Part shown: piece after piece, positions 54,272-64,000 of the stretch
Layout of the letters: every line of letters starts with the position of its first letter
Numbering within the stretch: position 1 is the first letter of the stretch
From: Lingula anatina
Taxonomy: Eukaryota > Animalia > Brachiopoda
Reading direction: 5' to 3'
Length of the DNA stretch: 64,000 nt
NCBI GenBank assembly: GCA_051362555.1
Contig: CM120640.1
Span: 11,656,001-11,720,000, forward strand
Notes under the pieces: generated by a model
The model's input: the letters and a program-made list of their open reading frames with translations, nothing else
What the model was told of the DNA's origin: nothing
The model's database searches: none
Program-made: the position numbers and the translations under genes

Positions 54272-55442
54272 TTAACAGCATCCTCCACCCTCTGGTTCAC
54301 CTTCCATTACATGAAAAGTTTCTCTAGGGCGTGCATATCCATTCTTTACACCTTCCCAACCCTCTTCCACAGTAATCTTTCCTTGTTCAAGAAGTTCATA
54401 AACATCTCTGGCAACAGTCAAAAAACACTCTTCTACATTCAACCCAGTTACAGCAGATGTCTCAAGAAACTTCAGGCCATTGTGTTCTGCTAAAAGCTTT
54501 CCTTCTCTTGTTGTCACCTGACGGTCTTCCTCAGCATCTGCTTTATGTCCCACTACAAGAAAGACTGCCTTGTTGGGTTCTATATGCTGTCTTGCTTCTT
54601 CTAACCATCCTGTGAGATTCTCAAAGCTGACACGCTTCGTAATGTCATAGACAAGCAGAGCTCCAACAGAATTTCTATAGTATGACTTTGTAATAGCCCT
54701 GAAAAAAGGATGATGCCTTGTATCAATATGCTGTTAACCCTTTATACAGTGTATTTATGACTATATATGTCTACATACATTTTGTTTTGTGAAAAAGCTA
54801 CAATCAGTAAGCTGCTCCATATCTTTCAAGCCATTTTCGTGGATTGTACTGTACACATTTGTGGCTATGTAGTCATTTAACATGCAGTAAACTAAAATAT
54901 TTTTAGTTTGGTCCACTTCAAATATTGATCTTAAAAATCATAAATTAGATCACCTGATTGCAAACAATTCACTGTTTTATTACAAAACCTTGGAAAGTGC
55001 GAGCTTCTATGCAAAACTTTTAGTTGTTCAATGCATTACTGCTACACTAAAATTGTACATGAACTTGTATCACACACAAAACTGCTTCAAGTATTAAAGC
55101 AAGAACTGTGGTACATGTACATCTGCTCTACTTATGGATGGAACATAAATTTAGGTCAAAGGGCATATCATATATTACATTTTAGCTGCAAAGAAAGTGT
55201 CCTATAATTATCTACCATGCTTACCTAAAACGTTCCTGTCCTGCAGTGTCCCAAAGCTGTAGCTTAACACGAACGCCTGGTTTCACCTCAATAAGCCTAG
55301 CAAAGAAATCAACTCCCACTGTAGGATCACAAACCTCAGAAAATTTTCCTTCTGTGAAATATTTTAGTAGGGAAGATTTGCCAACTGTGCTGTCTCCTAT
55401 TAAAATCAGACGGAATTGATACTCGAATATTGGTTCAACCAT
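54272..55442 (-). CDS. RAB39: Ras-related protein Rab-39 (214 aa)
   Basis: Two exons, 55442-55225 and 54698-54272 (GT-AG, phase 2). MVEPIFEYQFRLILIGDSTVGKSSLL, PTVGVDFF, WDTAGQERFR, YYRNSVG, Rab39-typical GHKxD, ETSA, GWEGVK, C-terminal CC prenylation motif. Confidence 0.95.
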
Positions 55443-55825
55443 TTCTTCGATAAAATTCTTGCCTTCTTGATGTATTGAAGGCAACTTAAAGTATTACAGA
55501 TTGGGATGAAACGCGGATATATGTTCAGATGAATGCAACTGTCAACCACAATCCATCTATGTTGTTATTCTGTGGCGTGACGTTATTATGGTCACGTGAC
55601 ATTGCTTTCTGGTTTGTAAAGTCTCTATGGATAGGCTGGTTCAACCAAATTCAACCAATCAATACGCAGAGCTCTAAAACATGGCGGTCAAGGTCGAAAC
55701 CAATATTTATGTGTTTGGCGAGGCTGTTGATCCGTGATCAGACAGAACGTGGGGTTTAAAGAAGTGAAAATTGCCCACCATTATAAAGCATTCGGCTTAC
55801 AACGCATTGTGAAAGGCAACTGGCA
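55443..55825. promoter_or_regulatory. Probable bidirectional promoter of Rab39 and the FAM162-like gene
   Basis: 383 bp between divergent ATGs; CRE half-site TGACG at 55578, palindrome GTCACGTGAC at 55591-55600, CCAATC at 55655-55660, YY1-like AAAACATGGCG at about 55676-55686. Confidence 0.7.
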
Positions 55826-56581
55826 ATGGCTGGTAACTTACGAAGAATCGGTATATTTGCATATTGTAAATTTTGGTCTGGACGTTTTACATTGTCTCCG
55901 GGGGTACAGGTACTTCGTACAAAATCGCATTTGTTGCCCAAGGTTTCCTCACAGATGCAGAGAAATTTTGTGGTTTATCATGCGCATTTTCAAAAAGTGG
56001 AATCACCAGAAAGTAAAGAAACAGAAAACAACAGGAAACAATGGGATCATAGTGATTCCATAATGGACGATACCCAGACAGACGAGCAATTTGGTCAAGT
56101 ACAACAACATCCGGAGGAGAAATTGAGAGATCAAGAATTGCTGCAGGAAAAACAGACAACCAGAGAAAATTATTACGAAGAGTGGCAGAAGAAGGAGGAG
56201 TCGTTTGGATGGAAAGCTGGAGCGCCAAAGCAAAGATTACATCCAGTGTCTGATGAGAATGTAGATAAAGCAATTAAAGGCTAGTGTCATTGTCGGAATG
56301 CATCCGGCTCCATTTGTTAAGCGAATGATAATTAGAGAAAGTTTGTCAATTCTCACTGTAATGTTAAAAACTAGAATATCACACAGAGAATCGCCCTTGG
56401 AGAGCGCATACCTCTGCCAAGGCAGCCCATTTCTCATATTTCAGTCTAAGAGGTTTTTTTCATTTTTTTCTGTAAATAGAGAAAACTAATTAGCTTTGCA
56501 AGATATCATAGGTAGACTTAAATAATGTTTTTGGGACTTTTTTCAAATGTGGGTAGTATATTTTTAACTGTTTTAATATAA

Positions 56582-56616
<35 letters not shown>

Positions 56617-57758
56617 GATGCAGAATGAGAGTTGTCACCAGTGGGAAAGACAAAATCAAAAATAAAATATGACAAATTTTACCTCAAGTCTACTTTCTTA
56701 CATATACCATCCACTTGCTTTACCTGACTTTTGGATTCATAACCAGTCAAGGAAGCAGTGGACTAACCTGTAAAACTTAAAAAGCATGTGTTTGAGATAT
56801 TTGGTCAAGGGCCAATGTTGAAGATAAAGAACAGCTTGCATGCAGATGTGAAAAATCTGTTGGTACAAAGATGGTGCTTTAAAATCCTATTGACTTTTTA
56901 AATTTTTTAGAATAATTATTTTCGACTCTATTTTCAGCTCGGAGAAAACTTTCAAAAGTGAACAAATGGAGTCTGGTTTGGTTGAAAAGGTATAAAAGCA
57001 TCAGAGATGTACCAGATGAAGTAACGTAAGTATGTTTTAGGTCCTTTTTGATGTACAGACACAGTGTGTTTGTACATGTTGCCATCACATGCGTTACTTG
57101 TAGTTGTCGCCATGCACTTACTACAGTTAATTGAAAACTGTGACATATTAGCCTTGTTGCTGGTTGGTAGGTGTTTTTGTATCTAATTCCATTTTTTTAC
57201 ATGTTCTAAAGTAATTAAGAAAGAATATAATGATAATAATTTTCTGTCCAACATATTTTACCCAAATACTCCAGAATGGCCTGCTAAAATGTTAAAAGTT
57301 AAAGAAAGGCAAAGCACTTGTCTGGCTATATAGGTTTATATACATTCCTGAAATTGTTTTACTGATTCTGTGATGTCTAGGGGAGACCTCTTAAGGGGAA
57401 ACCTCTTAAGAGAGAGCCGTTTGTCTTGTTACTTATCTATTTCTGGTCATTTGTCTGTGTAAATTACAAAAAGTGTCCTCCCTTTTTTAAAAAAAATTCA
57501 CTGTTATAATCTAATCAAAATTTCATTTTGTTTTTTAGGCATGCATATTGGCAAGAGGCACATTCATTACTCATGGCAAGACTTATGTTTTGGAGTGCAT
57601 TTTGGATCTATGCAGGCTTTTTATTTCTTGATTACTGTTTGAGAAAGCGTTATATAAATCTTGTGAGGTACACAAAGTTTATTATATGGTTGACTGGAGG
57701 CCCAGAAGATTGTGATTTAGTGAAGGACATGGATGAAAATAATTATGTATTGGGATGA
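55826..57758 (+). CDS. FAM162: FAM162/UPF0389 (DUF1075)-like mitochondrial membrane protein, about 253 aa
   Basis: Exons 55826-56279, 56938-57025 and 57539-57758. R/K-rich, acid-free N-terminus resembling a transit peptide; exon 2 KLSKVNKWSLVWLKRYKSIRDVPDEVT fits the FAM162 K..LVW...YK...E[IV]P..V motif and is followed by one TM segment; AATAAA at 57766 and 57964. The first donor is GC. Confidence 0.72.
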
Positions 57759-58295
57759 AGAGTTAAATAAAGGTCTTCCAACTATGAACCGTGCGATTTG
57801 TAAACAGTGCAAAGGCTTTCTCTTTTTAATCATTTGGAAGTTGTAATTATTATCTATTTCATTGATTTGAATAGTGTCTTAGCTTAAATTCAAAATATTG
57901 TAAAAATTGTGATGTCTTTGAGGAAAGCTCGTTCAAGAAAATGATAAGCAATAATGACTATTCAATAAAGTTTTATGTAAATTTTGATGTGTTTATTCGT
58001 TATACTGTTCTGAAATTTGAAGGGAGGGAAAAAGGAATAATGGCTGTTCCAGGGACAAAATAAGCAAAATCTGTTTTGTTTTCCTAAATTTGATTATAGA
58101 TTTTGCCAATATTCCCATAGTTACGGGCTTCCCATAACTGTTATGGTGATTTCATTTACGTGAAAAATAACACCTGAAAATTTCAAATCTGCCCCAAGAT
58201 GTGCTTGATATAAGGATCAATTTGTGCATTGGAACAAATGAGCTATTCATCCTTAGAAAGCAAATTTGAGTCGTCAGTCAGTTACCGGAGGATAA

Positions 58296-60441
58296 AACAA
58301 GGCAGCAAAGCTGTCAAATGTACAGACAAAAAGCAGACAATAACAATGCACAAAATAGGCTACTGTCAATTTTGATGCCAAAGTACATTATGCTTAACTG
58401 CAAATTCAACATCAAATTTTTATTATGCTCAACAGGTAATATCAATTTAAGTAAAATGTGTAACAAGCATAAGGCTTCAGACCCATGGGAGTTCAAGTTC
58501 ACACTTTGATAATGCCAGAATGAGAAAAATTAAAATTTCACACAAAATTGCATAAATTTAATAATAAATGATAACCCAATTGAGCTGGCTTTCTAATTTG
58601 GACTGCATGCCAATCCTAAAAATCATACTTGTAAGTTAAAAAAATAATAAGGAACAGTTTTCTTTTCATAATGTTTGGAGTAGCAGTGCAAAAAGATTTT
58701 GTTGATGTAACATTACATAATAAATTACAGAATAATTATCACCAATTTTTGATTATTGGCTATAAATAGCATGGACATGTGGAAAATTTGATTACCATTC
58801 TGCTTCATGTCCATGGGAGCTCCGAGTCCCACAATGAATATGCCAACACAATAAAAATGAATATGTCACTAAAAAGTATTACTTCCAAATAAAGAAGCCA
58901 ATTAGACTGCTTTTCCAACTCGGGCTGAATTTTAGTCCTGTGTTTCTTTTTTGAAAGTTTGACAATCATAAGTAACATGGATTTCCCATAATGGTAATCA
59001 TGGCAGCAGCACCCAAAATTGTGTTTTCTTCTTCTAATTTGATGCAATATAACATGATAATGCTTAACAGCATAATGACCATCAATTTTTAATGATAGAA
59101 TATACATATCATGGATTTTCATCAGAAAATGTGACTAGCATGGGTCTTCAAGCCCTTGGAGGTTATAAGTCAACCTTGAAATTGCCAATATGTGAAAAAT
59201 TAAATTTTCATAAAAAAACTGTTTAACTGCCAGAAAGAATTACCAAACAGACTGCATTGCCTACTGAAGCTGTATTTCAGTCCCATGTTTCTTTCCTGTA
59301 AGTTTGAGAACAGTGAGTGACGTGGTTTTCCTAAAATGGTCATCATGAAAGCTGTGCCCAAAATGGATGTTTCTTCAAATTTTGATGCAATATTACATAA
59401 TGTTTAACAGCATAATGACCATCGATTTTTAATAATAAAATATAAGTATCACGGATATTCAGAAAATGTGACTATCAAAGGTCTTCAGGCCCATGGAACT
59501 TCAAATCACAACTTGAAAATGCCAAAATGTAAATAAGACAGCAGTGTTCTGAAATGGTTTTTCCCCCATTTTTAACAATTTTTAACATAAAACAAAACTA
59601 ACAGTTTACTGCCATTTTTATATGATCAACTAAGAAAATCGATGAGATGGGAAAAATATCAATAGAACAGTGTTAAATGTCCAATTACCTCCATTCTGAG
59701 ATTCTGAACACAGTTAATGATTGAATCTGACAAACTGCAATGATATGAGTTTATTTCCATTTTTGAAACTTTATTACACAATACACGATAACAAGTTTAC
59801 CATCATTTTTACACAATCAACTAACAATGTTGTAAAGATGCAGGAAATGTCAAACAAACACTTTTACGTATCTTATTAGTTTAATAATGAGACTGTTAAC
59901 ATGCCTAAGAATTGAATCTGAGGAAATGTGAAAAAACAGCATAACTTCTAAAATAATGGCCCGATTATGCTGATTTTCGGACTCAACCGGTGTTTTAGCA
60001 AGATTGACCACTCCTGTGATTTTCATGACAATTGGCTTATTTGTTTTTCTTATATTGTGTTTACAGTGTTGCATGTATGATGAAAAGTGAAAAATAAGCA
60101 TAACTACTAAAATAGTGGCCCAATCATGCTGATTTTTCAATATGACCTGTGTTTAAAGATTGATTACTCCTGTGAGTTTTATGACAACAAGCCTATCGGT
60201 TTTCTTTGAAATGTGTTTACAGTGTTGCATATATGCTGAAAAGTGAAAAAACAGCATAACTTCTACAATAATTGACCTGTGTTTCATAAATATTCATCAG
60301 CTCTATAAATATAAAGCCAAAAAAGTAAAACTGCCTTCTACTTATCGTGTTTACAATGAAAGTGCACGGCACCAATGGCGACGGCGCCGACAGACGCAGG
60401 TGACAGCAATATGTACAGACACATCTGTGTCTGTACATGAA
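58296..60441 (-). mobile_element. HINE copy 2 (no L1; lacks about 0.75 kb present in copy 1)
   Basis: Inverted homologue of 35253-43831 with the same stem-loop (60411-60438), 3' subTIR and hairpin (58298-58327), and the uninterrupted L1 target site. Lies between the convergent FAM162-like and MIX23 3' ends. Confidence 0.85.
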
Positions 60442-61181
60442 AATTCTTAGCATGTTTAAGATAGAAGACCCAACATTTGTTTTTTCTGTAGAGGATCAAT
60501 TCACATATTGAAGGCAATGGTACTATCTTTCCTCATTTATTTTCTGTTCAGGTATTGCATTTCTTCAACTAATTAAATTGGCTGCTTTAAACAAACCCTT
60601 AGCCAGCATAAGTAACCAACTCAAAAAAAAACAAAAAACAAAAAAAAAAAAAAAAAAAAATCAGTTACAGGAATAACAACTCCTTGTTTTGGCCATAAAA
60701 AAATTTCTGGGGTAAATAACAATTTTCCCATACTTACTGATGATTAACAAGTCCATTCCCACATTCAAAGTTAGTTGTTTTTTTTCTAAAAAGTTTGGCT
60801 ATTTGTAATTATCTCTTAAGAGATTTTTATGATAGTATAGGCATCTGTGATGGTCCACGTGGTCCAGTAGTTAGCAAGGTGGTAAAATAGAATTCATAAT
60901 ATTTCTATGAGTTGTTTACAATGATGTATGAATCTCATATGAACAGCTGTTATCCCTTTAATTCAATTAACTCTAGCTTTCCAATTTTGATAGTTGCACC
61001 ATTTAGGTAGTAGTGGTAGGTACTGTACAAACAACTTGAAAAAAGTTCTGTTTCTCATTTGGTCTCTTTTCTGTGCACAGCCAAAAACTTTGTTATTTCA
61101 GTGTGCATAATTCTAAAATGTTCCAATGCATCAAACTACATCTGGATAACAAGTGAAAAAAAGACTACAACTAAGTCTCTG

Positions 61182-62474
61182 TCACGACACTCCAAATGGT
61201 TTTTCTGGTGGCTTGTAGTAGTCCCTACATCGTTCATAAAATACCTACAAAAGAGAATGAAACTCATTACTTATATAATCATTCAAAAGTTATAAAATGA
61301 ATTTTTGATATATTTTTAAGGACTTGTGAGAAAAAAAAACTTTCTTTGTGTCTGAACTGGTTTAATCTACATATTAAAAGTTCATGTTTTATCAAGTCCA
61401 AATATGGTCTTCAATCCCAAACATGCTTTATTACTGCACAAAAATGGCTAACTATGCCTTTAAGTCTAGAACTTACTATGACAAGTAGTTATTTTAACAA
61501 GCTATCGAAGAAATGGGGGAAAATATATTCATATGTATAAATTTACCTTTAGTGTTCTATCTCTGACAACTTCTTCTACATTTACTTCATTTTGTATAAG
61601 GCGGACCTGTAAGATATACAAAACATTAAAAACTGACACGACATATCTTTTCGTCATTTGTAGCATCAAATACTATCTAAATTTGTATCACATCTATTGT
61701 TGCATTACTAACATATTTTCCTAAAATATGTTTACCTGTGTCTGTTGCTTTCGTAAAGATTTCAGTAAGTCTAAGTTGTCCTTGTTGTTGGCACGTTGTT
61801 GTCTGAGCTCATCTATCACTTTTGATCCCTTTTCCAGACAGTATAAGATGGCCTTATTCCTCATCTCATGCCCCTCAATCAACTAAAAGATGAAAGAAAA
61901 TCATGAATCCAGGCAAAATTTCAAAATTGAAATATGAAAAAGGTTTTTCATGCTCAAGAGTATATGATGAGTTTTTGACTTAGAGACTAAATAATAAGTC
62001 ATTCTGTGCATTTTTATCTCCATTATGTACTCTCCAAGCCAAACGTAACTCTTTATCCATGCATTGAAAACTTAAAAGCTACTACACTATAATGAGGCAT
62101 GAATTTTACTTTCTGGTTGAAAATGAAGAGAAAAAATCTTGAGTCTTCAGTCATCTTGAGTTTTCAAGATTTTTTATACAGTTAATATTTACTTGTGTCC
62201 ATGGATAATATAAGCCCACCAACTTGACTGCATACTGTCTCAAAATGGTGGTATCCTCATGCTCATACAGGTAATTAACAAGCAGGGAAACCCTGGAAAC
62301 ATTAACCTTGTACGATTTTAATTAGCTACAATTTTCAAAATTTCATACCTCATCATAAAGCTTTTTACACTGGCTATTTGCATCGACTTGGCCAGAAAAA
62401 GACTGTGTAGGAATGATTTTGTTCAACGCACTGATGATGCGATCATCTAAATTTCTCCACTGTTTCAAGGTATC
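61182..62474 (-). CDS. MIX23: MIX23/CCDC58 mitochondrial intermembrane-space protein (5'-partial)
   Basis: Phase-0 exons 62474-62349, 61882-61736, 61606-61547 and 61244-61182: DTLKQWRNLDDRIISALNKIIPTQSFSGQVDANSQCKKLYDE|LIEGHEMRNKAILYC...LLKSLRKQQTQ|VRLIQNEVNVEEVVRDRTLK|VFYERCRDYYKPP...*. First coding exon not found in the window. Missed by the ORF track. Confidence 0.92.
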
Positions 62475-64000
62475 CTGAAAGAGAAAGAAGTTGGCTGGAC
62501 ATATTTGTTTTCATTCTACAGCTATACAGTACAAAGAGTGACAAATACTTTTCACTAGTTGCATTAAGTAGGTACCACTCAATTATGATAATGAATAATC
62601 CTTTTAAAACCTTATTTATAACTTTTCAATCACCTAACCCTGAACCTGACCCAGCCAGTAAAACAGTTAAATGCATTGAAAGCCATGATGGATTTAACAG
62701 ATGTTCAAAGTAAAATTTCACATTAAGTTTCAAAAATTTGCTTTAACATTTAATTTTCTCCATGTTATCTCTTTTTTTCAATAAAATGTTGCAACTTGGC
62801 AATTGTATGGGTAATTGTCTAGTGGACATATCTAAAAAGGAGTTTTAATTTTCATTTTTCATTTCAATAGACACCCGAATTACATGAAAGTTTGGTTGAA
62901 GAATGAATAAGAACGTAACAGTTTACACTGCATCTTATATTCTATGATTTATGCATTAACAAATGTGTTTCCAGGATATCAAAATTAGGTATATCACAAT
63001 TAGCTAGGGGCGTCACAGTAGTAACTATCCAGGGGCAGTGAAGTGCAAAACTGAGACTGGCCTGCTAACAGCTCGCCTAGATGACATCCTTTTTTTTTTT
63101 AATCTCTCTTTTAGCGCCATGTAAATAAACAAATACAGTACAAGCCATTTACTAGATAAGCTGTAAATCAAAGAGTTAATTCCGGTCACGTGATTTTCCG
63201 TGTTGCAGTCTTAGAGAACTTTGATTTAAGGACGTTTTTAAGTTTTGCCTCGACAAAATGTTAAAAATTTTAGATAAGTACTGCATGGAAGTTTTTGTAA
63301 TTTATTATGTGTAAAGTTCATGAAATTTGCAATATTATGCCGAAAAATTATGAATATTGAACCATGCGAAGTATAGTTTATTTGATGCGCAATATTTACA
63401 GTACATGATCTGCAAGGAAGCCATCCCAGCCATGTGCTTGTGCAGTCGCCAATTTGGGTTTGTTTTCAGGTCATTAGATTAACATTGAGCCCTAATTGCC
63501 CTAACTGGTCACAAGCAATTTGAGCTGCAGCTACAGCTGAGTGATCACTGCTGGTCAGTGGTCACGGGTCTTTAGTTGAAAAGTTTTGGTGAAATTTTGC
63601 AGTTAAAAAACTTCAATATCTTTGTTGCTTGTACGAATATTTTAAAAATTCCAAAAGAATTCATCTGATTTTTGCATTACCTTTCAGAAGATATAAGTAT
63701 TTTAATTTTCTGATCAGTTTGAAAAATTTTCTGATATACCTATCAAAATTGGGTACTTTTGTAGTATACCCCCCCCACCCTGTAACTTTCTGTAACTTTC
63801 ACTTTTCAAACATTTTTTTTTGCATTTTCTTGTTGATCTATGTCAAGAACAAGCAGCTCATAATAATTTCACAAAGGAAGTCCAAGTATACAATGTATCA
63901 ATCATATCGTCACATAAAATTACCTTAGAGTTAGCCAACGAAGACTCGGCAAGTTATTGACTGCGGGTGCATTGTAGATTTTCACAATTGTATTTCAATG

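Noticed and set aside
54540-54551. Rab G4 motif HKxD instead of NKxD
   Set aside because: Normal for the Rab39 subfamily.
62900-64000. Candidate first exon of MIX23 (minus-strand ATGGCG near 63120; donor-like site near 63922)
   Set aside because: Neither gives an open phase-0 exon resembling the MIX23 N-terminus; the region looks repeat-derived and the first exon is probably outside the window.

Overview
AT-rich, intron-containing animal genomic DNA, probably a lophotrochozoan invertebrate such as a mollusc (inferred from the repeat families and gene content; no database was consulted). Five spliced genes can be reconstructed by hand from splice sites and reading-frame phase. (1) A 5'-partial smoothelin-family gene (+, 265..30531) with two smoothelin repeats flanking four Ig I-set exons; the first and last helices of its C-terminal CH domain are each encoded by a pair of alternative exons. 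(2) A GT7 beta-1,4-Gal/GalNAc-transferase (bre-4/B4GALT-like; +, 32808..47110). Its 9.9-kb intron 4 holds nested elements: an older Helentron-like repeat, a Helentron-derived HINE inside it, and a young 5'-truncated L1/Tx1 LINE with intact ORF2 inside that. (3) Rab39 (-, 54272..55442), head-to-head with (4) a FAM162-like gene (+, 55826..57758, probable GC-AG intron), which is tail-to-tail with (5) a 5'-partial MIX23/CCDC58 (-, 61182..62474). Also present are several MITEs (one nested in another), further HINE copies, an L2/CR1 relic and a Myb/SANT relic. Most notable: the 2x2 combinatorial CH domain whose two tails resemble the vertebrate smoothelin tails; a LINE carrying a copy of its host HINE's terminal hairpin just upstream of ORF2; FAM162-MIX23 microsynteny; and Gln at the GT7 donor-specificity position.
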